From a virus (Duplodnaviria; Caudoviricetes), in the IMG/VR virus record IMGVR_UViG_3300020050_016871, positions 14,455 through 78,454 of that record: a DNA stretch of 64,000 nt; one strand, written 5' to 3'. Both the position numbers and the translations under genes were made by a program. Positions 46,701 to 54,858 of the stretch are shown in pieces. Positions within the stretch are counted from its first letter, which is position 1, and each line of letters begins with the position of its first letter. Under the pieces are notes generated by a model. The model was not told where the DNA came from, ran no database searches, and was given only the letters and a program-made list of their open reading frames with translations.

Positions 46701-49610
46701 TAATACAACTCCTTTAGCGCCGGCTTTAATAATACCTTTTCCTAAATTAAAAGTTCCTTTAGCAACATCACCAACAATAGAAGCGTTGCCTAAATCTTTT
46801 TTAGCAGAAATAGTAGTAGTATATGTTTTTCCGTTAGGATGTGGTTCTCCTGTTTTTGTATCAATCAAAGTATATTTTCCAGTAGATTCATTTTTTACTG
46901 GTCGATATTCTGGAACCTCTTCTTCTGTTTCTTTCGGAGCAATTACTTCACCTTGTTCATCGTATTGTGCTGATGGCAAATTTTCATTTCTAAATTTCTC
47001 TTCCTCTTCAGCAATTCTTTTAGCTTCTACTTCAACAGCTGTTTCCAATCCAGCTTCTTGATATTCTTTTTCAAATTCATTTAATTCAGAATTATCAGAA
47101 GGTAATTCCGTTGGAACTTCTTCTAAATTTTTATCAACTTGTTTTTCAATATCAGTAGCAGCTTCTTCCATTATAGGTTGATTGTTTTCATCAACAGCTA
47201 CAGAACCATCAGGATTAATTTTGGCTTTCATATTACCAACAATATTTTTTCCCTGATCAATAAGATTTTTGTAAATATCTTTTACTTCTTTTGAAGAATT
47301 CTCAAGCATTTTTTCCAAATTATTTTTGGCGCTTTTGTAAACTTCATCATCGTTCATTTTTACAAACTTGTCATATTGTTCGTCACTAAGACCTGATACA
47401 ATACCTGATTGTTCTTGCGCCATTGTCATTTGCTCAGGAGTCATGGTAGCAGGATCAAAAACAAGTTCTCTTTGTGTATTATCAATAACTGCTCTTTTAT
47501 TACCAGATTCATCAGTTATATAAGCAATTTCATTTCCGTTTTGATTAGTCCAAAATTTAATATTTAATGGACTTGCTTTTTTGCCAGAAATAAGATTTAA
47601 TCTATTTTCTTGAGTAAGCGCAAGATTTAATGAAAGCATTTCAATTTGTTGTTCATGCTCAGATTTAAGCTTTGCATATTTTTTTTGGACAACAGAACTA
47701 TTTCTTTCTTTAATTCTTTTGTTTAAAGCAGCAATTTGAGGTTCAACTGATACATCTTTAACTAATTGTTTTTTTAATGATTCAAGCTGATTTGTTTCTT
47801 GTTCATTAAGTAATGATTCATCATTTTCGCCAAATTGCTCTTTTATAATTTTAATTTTTTCATTGTAATTAGCATGCTCATTTTCAATAAAACGATTTAA
47901 TGATTTCGCTTTAATAGTATTTTCTATTAGAGCGTGCTTCCCTGCGATATTCAAAGAAGAAGCTGCATTATAATCAGCGCTTACATCTTGAAATTCTTGT
48001 TGATATTCTTCAACTTCTTCAGGAGAAATATTTCCTCTGGCAACTTGATCAGAAATAAAACCATCAAAAGCTTCTGTTTTATTAGAATGAAGTAAATCAA
48101 TCATTGTATTTCGAATATGCCATGTTCTTGCTGATTGACCACCTTTATCAGTTGCATCAATAGAAGCTTTTAATGTTTCCATTCGGTTCATATAATCAAC
48201 TCCTTTATTGGCTGATTCATTAAATCGAAGATTCATAGCACCTCCCATTAATCCACCCATAGCAGCGGAAGCAATGATTGTATTTTTATTTTCTTTGGAT
48301 AAATAATAATCCCAGTAATCAGGAGCAACTTCACCTGTTACACTTTCTCTAGCTTTTAATTGGGCCCAGTTTTCATACGTTTCTTGAAAAGTTTCTTCAG
48401 CACCTTCAAGAACAGCATGACCACCTGCCTGAGCCAATCCTTTCAAGATTGGAAAAGTAGTTTTTGTAAAAGCAGTAGCCGCTTCTTTTTCTACTTGTTG
48501 AACAGCTTTCATTCCCATTTTTTTAGAAATACCAGCACCAATTTTTTCTCCTGCTCTAGCATAAGATATACCCCATGATAACATATCAATAGGAGCGTAT
48601 TGCAAATTCTGATACATACTAGCAGCAGCTATTTCAGCTAATTCATTTTCTGTATATCTTGGTTGTTTTCCTTCGTTAATATCTTGTTGATTTAAGGCTT
48701 GTAACTCTCTATGATATTCCATAGCATTAGTAGCACCAGCAAGTAAGTTATTAGCTAAACCCGCACCAGCAGCATTGACAAATTCATTACTAAATTTTGA
48801 CATTTCTAAAACACCATCAACATTACGAGTAAGATATTTAGACAAACCGCTTCCAGTTCCTAAAACATCTTTTGCTATTTTTGTTCCTGTAGCCATTGCT
48901 TCAGCTGTATCAGTAACGGCTAATGTTGCTCTGGCTAATCTTGCTTCAGTAGTCATGGCTTTAGTAAATAATCCCATTCCTTTTTTAGCAGCTGTACCAG
49001 CGCCCGCACCTGTAACTAAAAACTCTATTGCCATTGGAAGCATTTCAGCCATATTAGTGCTCCAAAAATCAGGATCAACCAATGAGCCCCAAGTCAATTC
49101 TTGTCCTTCTAATTTTTTACGTAAATAAGTAGTATGTTCATTTGCTATTTCATCACCATATTCACGCAATGCTCTACCAAGAACATTTCCTTCTGCCATT
49201 GTAAAACCAGGTAATGGAGCAGTAATTAAATTAATAACATCGCCAGTACTACCAATAACAGACTCTCCAACACCTTTTACAAAAGATTCTTGAAACTGAG
49301 AAGCCCAACTTCTATGAATATCTGATTGTAATGGCGGTGCTTTTTCTAAAGACTCTGAAGTATTTTGATTTATTTGATCAATACCTCCAAATTCTTGTTG
49401 AATAACTGCTTCTCCAGAATCTTGAGTAGCAACATCAAGATTACCACTTTGGGCTTGTTGCTTTTTACCTAACAAATCCTGAGTCTGCAAATCAATCATT
49501 TGTTGACTTCTTTTTTGCATACTCAAGAACTCAGCTTGGTTTTGTTCTGGAGTCGGAATGTTAGTTTGGGTTGGATCAATATTATTATTTCCTGAAAATA
49601 ATTTAGCCAT
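37722..49610 (-). CDS. Giant virion-packaged two-barrel RNA polymerase (crAss-like), with zincin HExxH region
   Basis: ATRIPSHG followed by catalytic GSDYDGDS (42189-42203); HEMAH (46239-46253); 3962 aa; located with ejection-protein genes. Confidence 0.88.
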   Translation of the reverse strand: MAKLFSGNNNIDPTQTNIPTPEQNQAEFLSMQKRSQQMIDLQTQDLLGKKQQAQSGNLDVATQDSGEAVIQQEFGGIDQINQNTSESLEKAPPLQSDIHRSWASQFQESFVKGVGESVIGSTGDVINLITAPLPGFTMAEGNVLGRALREYGDEIANEHTTYLRKKLEGQELTWGSLVDPDFWSTNMAEMLPMAIEFLVTGAGAGTAAKKGMGLFTKAMTTEARLARATLAVTDTAEAMATGTKIAKDVLGTGSGLSKYLTRNVDGVLEMSKFSNEFVNAAGAGLANNLLAGATNAMEYHRELQALNQQDINEGKQPRYTENELAEIAAASMYQNLQYAPIDMLSWGISYARAGEKIGAGISKKMGMKAVQQVEKEAATAFTKTTFPILKGLAQAGGHAVLEGAEETFQETYENWAQLKARESVTGEVAPDYWDYYLSKENKNTIIASAAMGGLMGGAMNLRFNESANKGVDYMNRMETLKASIDATDKGGQSARTWHIRNTMIDLLHSNKTEAFDGFISDQVARGNISPEEVEEYQQEFQDVSADYNAASSLNIAGKHALIENTIKAKSLNRFIENEHANYNEKIKIIKEQFGENDESLLNEQETNQLESLKKQLVKDVSVEPQIAALNKRIKERNSSVVQKKYAKLKSEHEQQIEMLSLNLALTQENRLNLISGKKASPLNIKFWTNQNGNEIAYITDESGNKRAVIDNTQRELVFDPATMTPEQMTMAQEQSGIVSGLSDEQYDKFVKMNDDEVYKSAKNNLEKMLENSSKEVKDIYKNLIDQGKNIVGNMKAKINPDGSVAVDENNQPIMEEAATDIEKQVDKNLEEVPTELPSDNSELNEFEKEYQEAGLETAVEVEAKRIAEEEEKFRNENLPSAQYDEQGEVIAPKETEEEVPEYRPVKNESTGKYTLIDTKTGEPHPNGKTYTTTISAKKDLGNASIVGDVAKGTFNLGKGIIKAGAKGVVLGANIGKSLFKKGQEVVEETQEVIQQKRNAIQNKKTIENNMAQDVMRKAIIEQAYYSNPVRANANNPIATISKQQLDAYLDTRIAAFKYGPRIIDEQRTINRMLKAKGIDVNVVVADNLFSLVGTPAVGYALASTIYIDENVWQQPDIFMHEMAHINYRLTKDSTATKEVVRLAREDQKLVDKVERLYQDKIIYKNKEGQEINIDSFLNYMLSTIDGETEEIRQQAFDSEIKESGSLEQYLADVEIFRAPDTEQDVINEELFTHYLQGPLAKNFNQSLEPIKERRRQKESKSWWKWVKGETVTFEPFALDVVQKLNDGVAVRPSDLMEHIMENFAQSTASLPKAVFNGSGFASLVDMKNKEQQENFNRISDVKIEQRKNYDSTAVKQNNRFSTYTRLAKKINEDINRKMKDFSEQERQNEINFQLEELENAMLEEGAFDDYESAKSVTFRGATRILNSFTRSLNYVKRKKFVEKNGLASEFDETSLIDRDSLISEFYNLAFENKGNTNAFINAIENSRIEEVWQFNQYMEKMHPNEKMMYLSSMAYVMGNQQTISAIKSVVNAEGKWETSNALSETERNTVDNHLSKLESFEDDHYNKRFNLDSAQKYQYFLDGYNNIKSGNQTNEDYLAVLRLLAPRGVKFSALVNNQTINMRGHNVNIKTLIDKMVFSKVMENAAKPNNLYVYGAKPFIEALVDSNRKYTSYSVIQNAEGNMEPSKITNNHLLSELNDMNDFLVKDRNGNFPTFKSFKAKYAHLSDSANRTHENPVLRSIYDNAKNSVLRPSVSQYVGLTHLQRGANSLYKNSTDFTQTIEDFMMFSKVENAANYVQTLSAFADSPRKFLMSVNRIKFGEVFQARNAITDKAELTLKGRRMLESSWRIYDKSNENLSDQQKENTIRSQEEYIAKFKESVNEEISRWNGAAKDLIANKTIKPDYFENGKLSLKGQNKITEFVFNQSVNGMALAEIFNPGIPFNDIVKRNKGNSSPVLTFGNKNLKMEPITIDDSKVKASTDSGMYMTRSQAQKIVDAGLGVFDLNNGLKLLNYHVERDNPNFKGISAYFKGYTTIIDENTLITEPGLRGIYNLLNERENVYNNWHRDKFGKEPSLDLTNGEDNYINFAVPYSAIKSDFLNADNKKALSGITFENLNNDLDNHINNQGNAREETETDKMHNALDALYYNADGFVGLSTNNFGPQQIMDKVTEEAITPVQFMSAVIVNGMVGDNLAMGEEIQKLIRQDMSKNLDEIISELGDMNPAKYKAFILKNLDLENMDQGQRLMIEESLTNLNHPAIADFITNTLANRLKQAGNKLKTAGSVAQQKPSLHYRYRNGYTVNGSGTLAGHVDRYNTDGSVGSQIMEIVLPKHMQNKVKFRQYLTEEDPQAMRIIKANPDLLGKFSQATAQDNSEAKAEVMKEVALMIARQRHGKAKAKGSYGYDVSDYIGKFEKDGVTVGWFVRGDNVMATRIPSHGPASTGVFEAVDYLEGEGNQTIVHSDFSETAGSDYDGDSLFIQIKDKSTPGFNEALDKTVDLWTSPGMRMQTRAKIEFEKEVLKVIGKNKTERTMPMSPSYHRDAYNNTMISKRNIGIIFNTHRIANYLAAYNVELTSPINIDGVRVDRFSDKEVGQESRNNKSAMLANIILDNAKYGFADSLGLNDQTINQYSLLTNLGFSLQQVNDIMNSKAVKSWNKHQANNNNPFAVKMKNADVKKAIHQELGISDAPVQNIAINTDRLMINTKDQMKQIIQLMENLEAINADVLHVSKIMAGHKGIENNPFILEQQLKDFNTVVNSEKQNPLLVFPEAFKNNPDIKAYHDNAEKILNIMKKANNIYSVSTSGLIESLNSKIGFDDTMNKDQMQRSSDIIKRFHTSRILGLNNISSAQKTAIKEKVFRDVNNYISTLEGDLLPGNRKATALDKSVLFNRALNMDIKFAPGQKNVIPSKKVFDEKSYISANPRFFNESLTEEDRKAAQSEWKALPQEIKDGLITLDLMKNGLTGKLSLSIVFDEGTNHDISTYAAHEAKTKNEPIDEAIISKLENLIISNEFNQNSSILDAKNDRVPFKQGENLLNYIASNNVSLDKALRIGSGMIFKVDGKPYIFEGITDAEKNQARTEYKDFSERTAVMNNLLLSRIKPYNKFEGDINLEAISLADDGSRPVYKARASDVNAENSFMSKASESFGDTSKKKVKSDLGNASRIDYHNYNDVTPLSQREFNAVMEYDNSIGDEQKEFVYKKYLEEKKEANDLTSQYNQTSFSQMADTDLKNLYTTYAQKDLYAYSIITTPLVMELANRMGVEQSQLTGMIENGKDIGLMESYLNNNNISSNHPVTQRLLRELNDQYKKFVLQRGKYIKVINHATDALYQEKFGLSKNKIINTIQRIGQSLFNNRSDVYQKLYGNLLSEETYVDAKGITQKNLKFKDETEIKKLYNTNKLSKAEYDFYTTFRSVTNHLKNYDGNDKVREGYIPHTAMDNFEMFANRGLLGLLVNSKGSDSAIDDVKLYTTVSGKEELMSFGDIKNRYNALALSKEQTTKDLLAFNKLKSKAKKLQKEGKNEDGSRLIYSNMQNETLLGMSPLSRFSSSRSMKAELMPSMDLNKALVEYVHASVFTNGDESFQGFKAMMPMIDGVMAYNDKNGYKNAYNYVKEVVKEGFIMKKEQPLFGKNADSVINGLVKGNTFYALGYKGLLVGKGLYAIGNLAVGKYMNLKREGGKSWITGEARYWGIDKGIGIDTLDRRNRARNILNNLGYMEADFYDDVNIESKSGLDAVFTKLALSPMAVTEDWIQRAHMLGMLTEEEFNLFDEKGNYKTGAVQITPERFQALEERVKNTHGKGFSPTDQSRIHRYALGKMFMQFSRHIPTQIRERFAQEDVDMNGQKYIGSLRQIGKSASDFFHNGMSPAKAKEYYASLEPHQKEAFLSGLRGMALMTMLGFIAGNSNEESQMLGSKTDASSVASGVMSDANIHFDPDRMLLKTVPPSVRSALSVLKGLNPMGAETPE

Positions 49611-49611
49611 T

Positions 49612-51651
49612 TTATTTTTTCTTTAAAAGTTCATAAAATTTACTCCAAGTTTGAGCAATCTCTTGATTGTGTAATTCATCTTCTGGATTTTCAGAAGCAG
49701 TTACTTTTGCTACCAAATTTATGAAATCAATATCACTATATTTATTTTTATTTATCAAAGCGTTTTTTAATTCCGGAGAATAACTAACTGTTTTTTCAAA
49801 ATTATATGGACTAGATTTTAAATAATACTTATCAGATAACATTATATCAGGATTAATAATTCCTTTTGCGCCACCTTCTCTTTCTGTTAAATAACTTAAA
49901 GCCATATAATAAGCTTTGTGCAACGTATAACGATTTGTTCCGTTAGCTACTTTTGAAAGTTGTGATTCTGATTTAAATTCAGGAGTTGAAAATATTCCTC
50001 CAGGAGCTGATGCAATAGCAGCATCGTTTTGAAGTATTTTAGCATTCCACTGTTTTTCAATTTCTTTTGTTTGTTTAAGTATTGTAGATTTTTGTCTACG
50101 TTTTACAGCTTGAGTAACATTATCAGCTACACCAATAGCTTTACTTAAATCATCCTCTCCTTTCATTGAATTGACATCAATACGTTGATATACCTTATCA
50201 CCATCTTTTGTCGTTAAAACAGCAAACATTTCATTTTTAAGATTACCTGAAAAACCATTCATGTGATCACGTTCTTGTTCAGACAATTGATATTGACCTT
50301 TAGGATCTTTTTTACCTAATGATTCTCCTTTTCTATTTCTCACCTGAGTAACTAAATTATCTTTATCATCAATATACGCATAAATTAATCCTCCAAAATT
50401 CATATCTTGATTAAGACCTTCTTTAATCATTTTCTTAACTGTTTCTTCAGGAAGTTTATTTCCATTTGGAGCATAAAATTTTTCACTATTTAAATTAGCA
50501 ATTACACCACCCGAAGGAGTGCTTCTTGGATACAATGCTTTAATAACATTTGCTTCTGAAAGCATTGGAACAGTAACTGCGCTTGCAGGAGTATATTTTT
50601 TATCAAAACCAATAGACCTTGTAATAGTATTAGATATTGCATCAATAGCATCTGCATCAACATAGTTTGTGTCAGCAGCTATATATTCATGTACTCTACC
50701 TAATAATCCTGAAAGCTCTTTATTTTTTACAGCAGTTTTCTTTAAAAAATTATCAGGTTCCATCAAACTAGCAACAGTTGCTGGAGTAGATTCTTGTATT
50801 TGATTGAATGTTTCATTTACTGCAGCAGTATAAGAAATAGGAATTTCTTCCTGTTCATTTTTAGATCCAGTACCAGCAACAGATAAAGCTTTTTGTTGTT
50901 TTCTTAAATTTTCATTAGCCAAATCGCTTTGATATTTTAGCATATTGGTACCTTGGCCATAATGGTTTTTATAAGTGTAATTCAATAATTCTATTTTTAA
51001 ATTATCACCTTGTAAAGCAGATAATTCTGGATTATCTAAAAGCCAGTTATTATAAATTGGAAGATAGTTACTTCTTAAAATAATTTCAGCTGGAACATCT
51101 TCACCATAGTTATAATATTTCTCAGGAATAACCACTTCTGATTTCATTCCGGAATAAGTAATTTTACCATCACCAATTCCAGCATTATAATCTTCTAATC
51201 TTTTTTTATCTAAATCAGAAATCAAATGACCTTTACCATCAGCTTGAATTTTCATCAAGCTTTCCATGTTTTTCTTATTATCTAAATAACCTAATGTTTC
51301 TGGAGAAGTTAATACATCTGATTTGTATTTTGATAAAAGTGCAATACCACCATTAGCATAAAAAGCTTTTCTAGAACCATGCTCTTCGATTTTGGCACGA
51401 ATATTTTTTTGAAGTTCTAATGATTTTGTTTTTATTTTGATTCTATCTGGTTCAAGCATTTCAGCAGCCTTGTTAGCAATCTCTTCATATTGTTTTGCTT
51501 CTAGTTCTTGAGCCATCATACTAGCTTGCTCATTCTTAGCAATCTCTTTTTCGATATTTTCCATTTGAGCAAACTCACGTTGATTTTGTCCAACGTAATC
51601 TATATTTTTTGCTAGTCCTGTAGCAGCTGCTAATTTTCCGAATCCTGGCAT
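49612..51651 (-). CDS. Internal virion / ejection (cargo) protein
   Basis: 679 aa; synteny with vRNAP, N-terminal coiled coil as in crAss-like cargo proteins. Confidence 0.65.
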   Translation of the reverse strand: MPGFGKLAAATGLAKNIDYVGQNQREFAQMENIEKEIAKNEQASMMAQELEAKQYEEIANKAAEMLEPDRIKIKTKSLELQKNIRAKIEEHGSRKAFYANGGIALLSKYKSDVLTSPETLGYLDNKKNMESLMKIQADGKGHLISDLDKKRLEDYNAGIGDGKITYSGMKSEVVIPEKYYNYGEDVPAEIILRSNYLPIYNNWLLDNPELSALQGDNLKIELLNYTYKNHYGQGTNMLKYQSDLANENLRKQQKALSVAGTGSKNEQEEIPISYTAAVNETFNQIQESTPATVASLMEPDNFLKKTAVKNKELSGLLGRVHEYIAADTNYVDADAIDAISNTITRSIGFDKKYTPASAVTVPMLSEANVIKALYPRSTPSGGVIANLNSEKFYAPNGNKLPEETVKKMIKEGLNQDMNFGGLIYAYIDDKDNLVTQVRNRKGESLGKKDPKGQYQLSEQERDHMNGFSGNLKNEMFAVLTTKDGDKVYQRIDVNSMKGEDDLSKAIGVADNVTQAVKRRQKSTILKQTKEIEKQWNAKILQNDAAIASAPGGIFSTPEFKSESQLSKVANGTNRYTLHKAYYMALSYLTEREGGAKGIINPDIMLSDKYYLKSSPYNFEKTVSYSPELKNALINKNKYSDIDFINLVAKVTASENPEDELHNQEIAQTWSKFYELLKKK

Positions 51652-51661
51652 AACTTTTTAT

Positions 51662-54172
51662 TTATTGCATTAATGAATTTAATCTTTGTTCTGATTCTGC
51701 TTGTTTTTGATTAAAAATGATTTCTCTTTCTGCAGCAGCTTTATTTATTTCGTCAATTTGATTCATTGCATTATCCATTCTTTTTTGATTTTCTAAAACA
51801 ACTGGATCAATACTATTTACTCCTGTTGGCTTATTATTAGCACCATTTGCCAATTGCTGAGTTAACGTAGCATTAGGCAATTTTTCAGAAGTAACAATAA
51901 CAGGAGAATATTTGTCTTTTACAATTTGTTTTGATGTTGATGGTAAAGGAGCAGTTGTTATTGGCATTATTTGTATAGGATCATCAATATTTTCTAAATA
52001 TTTTTTTTCTTTTACAGGAGTTTCTTTTGGTGTTTTACCAAGCATTTCATCAGCCTTAGTTTCAAGATTATTTGTAGTTAACTCACTAATACCTTTTGAT
52101 TTTTGATATTCACTTTTATATTCATCAGTGCCACTAACATCATTATAAAGTTTTTCCAATTCAGAAAATTCTGTTTGCTTATTGATATTTGGATTTAACT
52201 GAGGATTCTTTTGTAAAATATTATTAATGATATCTTGTTCATCACGATTCTTTGAATTAATCCAGTCAGCATACGTTCTCTTTTTGGTTTGAAACAATTG
52301 CGCTTCAACTTTTTTGGTTTCTTTATATTCGGCACTACCAATTTCTCCAGGTTTAGCATTTGGTAAAATTCCTGTAGCATTGAATTGAAACATTTGACGT
52401 CTCATATCATTCATGGAGCCAGGACCATTTTCTTTTGCATTTTGAATAGCATCAATAAAACTAGACATTCCTTGTTGCGCAAGTTGAGCACCAGCAACTT
52501 GTTTTTGCTTATCCTCACCATATTGTCTTTCATTATTTGAAATATCTTTTCGTGATTCAAATTCATTAATATATTGTTGAACTTCTCCGAAGGCTGCCAT
52601 TGCTTTATCTGTTCTATCAACGTCCATAGCAGCTATTTCAACAACACCATTCATTCTAGCCTTGTCTAATTGTCCTTGATTTCCTAATACAAGATTTCTA
52701 TTACCATTAGAAGCACGAACAATATTATCAAGACCTGTTTGGTAAGCATCAGCAAGTTTCATTTTCAATCCTGCTTCAATAGAAGGATCCAATCCCATGT
52801 TTTTAATCTTGGCAATATCCTGAGCATATTGCAACATACCTTCTGATATTTGCTCATCACGGTATTTAATATCAACATCATCAGCTGCTGTTGCGCCTAT
52901 AAGTCCTGTAGTCAATCCAATTAATGCATCAAAAGGAATTTCTCTTTCTCCAGGTGTGTATTGAAATTTAGGATCCGAAAACATACCATCATCATTAAAT
53001 TTATTTAACAATTCAGTATTATCAAAAGGTTTATTTTTTTCAGCTAATATTTTTGCATCTTGCGCAGCTTTGGCCGCAGCAGCTTTTTGATTTACAATTT
53101 TTTCTTCAGGAGTTTCGCCAACAACAGCGGTACCATTTTCAATAGCACCTACAAGACCATTATCAACAGGAATATTTTTATTTATTTCTGCATCAAATTC
53201 TTCACGAGTATATCCATATTTTTCTGGACGTCCTTCTATTCTATTAGGATTAGAAGCTCTTACGGATTGAACTAAATTTGGTAAATTATCAATTGTTATT
53301 GATTTAGAATCAGGTAAAACAACATTTAGTTTTTTAGCATCTTTAACTAATTGATTGTATTTTTTAAAATCAATACTATTATCTTTTGAATAAGTTCCTG
53401 AACCAGAATTATAAGTTCCAGATTGAGAAACAATATTTTCAAGATCAGCAGCTAATTTTTCTTTTGCTTTTTCAATTTTATAATTAGCATGCTGAATAAT
53501 GTCAAAATTACCAGCTCTATAATATTTGTTTTTAACAGCTTGTCTTTCTTTGTTTTTCATTTCTTCAGAAAGATCAGTATCATTTATTTTTTTTAATTGA
53601 TAATTATATCTTTTAAAAATAGCTTCTCTTTCTTCTGGAGAAGTATTCATATACTTATCACTATTTAATTTTGTTAATTGATTATTTCTTTCAGCAAAAG
53701 CTTCATCATTAGATTTCATATAACGCAATACGGTATTTAAAGGTTTTGCTTTTTGACCATTCATTGCGCTTTTACCAGAAGTATCTTTTGGCAGTCCAGC
53801 CCAAACAGGAGCAGCAGCAAAAATAGCTTTTTCAACATCGCCATTATCAAGATGTTTTAAAGCATTTTTTTCTTCTAATAATTTAATCGCAGCAATATCT
53901 TGTTCTTCAGGAGAAAAACCAGTTAAATCAAGTTCTTTAGAAAGTCTTTTCCAAGTCTCATTCATAAATTGATATTTACCATGAGCGCTAGAATTCTTAA
54001 TAATAGAAGTGTCTTTTCCTTTTTTCCAATCCGACTTGCTTCCACCAAATTTTGTAGAATAAGCATCAGGCCCCCAAGTTCCTTCTGCTTTGGAAATAGT
54101 ATCCAACATCATTTTATATTGTGGATTACTATCACGTAATGCTTTTAATCTTAAGTATTCAGAATTTGGCAT
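51662..54172 (-). CDS. Ejection protein with N-terminal lysozyme / lambda-R-like muralytic domain
   Basis: LDTISKAEGT...SAHGKYQFMNETW...FSPEEQDIAAIKLL. Confidence 0.82.
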   Translation of the reverse strand: MPNSEYLRLKALRDSNPQYKMMLDTISKAEGTWGPDAYSTKFGGSKSDWKKGKDTSIIKNSSAHGKYQFMNETWKRLSKELDLTGFSPEEQDIAAIKLLEEKNALKHLDNGDVEKAIFAAAPVWAGLPKDTSGKSAMNGQKAKPLNTVLRYMKSNDEAFAERNNQLTKLNSDKYMNTSPEEREAIFKRYNYQLKKINDTDLSEEMKNKERQAVKNKYYRAGNFDIIQHANYKIEKAKEKLAADLENIVSQSGTYNSGSGTYSKDNSIDFKKYNQLVKDAKKLNVVLPDSKSITIDNLPNLVQSVRASNPNRIEGRPEKYGYTREEFDAEINKNIPVDNGLVGAIENGTAVVGETPEEKIVNQKAAAAKAAQDAKILAEKNKPFDNTELLNKFNDDGMFSDPKFQYTPGEREIPFDALIGLTTGLIGATAADDVDIKYRDEQISEGMLQYAQDIAKIKNMGLDPSIEAGLKMKLADAYQTGLDNIVRASNGNRNLVLGNQGQLDKARMNGVVEIAAMDVDRTDKAMAAFGEVQQYINEFESRKDISNNERQYGEDKQKQVAGAQLAQQGMSSFIDAIQNAKENGPGSMNDMRRQMFQFNATGILPNAKPGEIGSAEYKETKKVEAQLFQTKKRTYADWINSKNRDEQDIINNILQKNPQLNPNINKQTEFSELEKLYNDVSGTDEYKSEYQKSKGISELTTNNLETKADEMLGKTPKETPVKEKKYLENIDDPIQIMPITTAPLPSTSKQIVKDKYSPVIVTSEKLPNATLTQQLANGANNKPTGVNSIDPVVLENQKRMDNAMNQIDEINKAAAEREIIFNQKQAESEQRLNSLMQ

Positions 54173-54183
54173 GATATTTTTAT

Positions 54184-54852
54184 TTAAGATTGTGAGTATT
54201 TAGAACCGATCATTCCCATTTGAGCAGTTAAAAGATTTTTACTTTTTTCAACTTCTTCTTTTCCTTCAGAGAGAAGTTGAGCTTTTTTTCTTTTATCTTT
54301 TACATCATTTAAATAATTAATTCTTTCTAAATTTTCTTTTTTTAATATTTTTTTTTCATCACCAATACCTTGAATTAAACCAATACCTAATCCTGCTACA
54401 CCACCTATAGCTGCTCCCCAAGGCCCTCCAATAGTTGCTCCAGTAGAAGCGCCTTTCATTGTCATGTTCATTGCATTGGCAGTTCTTTCTTTACTATTCA
54501 TTGGTTCTTTATTAGTTATAACATTAGAAGCAATATCCATTAATCCAGGAGCAGCTGCAAGAGCACCTTCAGCAATAGAATTTCCAGTGCTTTTTTCTAC
54601 TCCTTCTAAAACATTTTTATCTATTGGAGCTGATTTTGTTATTTCAGAATAATTACCTCCAACTATTTGAGCAGCTTGTTTAGCTATAGAAAAATTATTA
54701 TTTTCTTTTGATTTATTAATATATCCGGGATTAGATTCTTCTATAGTACTTTCTACTTCAGTAGTAGTAGGCGCTTCAATATCTAATTTGTTTTTTAATA
54801 ATTTTTTCTTTAAATCTATAGACGGATCTATATTGTAATTAGATTTTAACAT
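54184..54852 (-). CDS. Small internal virion protein with Gly-rich hydrophobic helix
   Basis: GASTGATIGGPWGAAIGGVAGLGIGLI glycine zipper. Confidence 0.65.
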   Translation of the reverse strand: MLKSNYNIDPSIDLKKKLLKNKLDIEAPTTTEVESTIEESNPGYINKSKENNNFSIAKQAAQIVGGNYSEITKSAPIDKNVLEGVEKSTGNSIAEGALAAAPGLMDIASNVITNKEPMNSKERTANAMNMTMKGASTGATIGGPWGAAIGGVAGLGIGLIQGIGDEKKILKKENLERINYLNDVKDKRKKAQLLSEGKEEVEKSKNLLTAQMGMIGSKYSQS

Positions 54853-54858
54853 GATATT

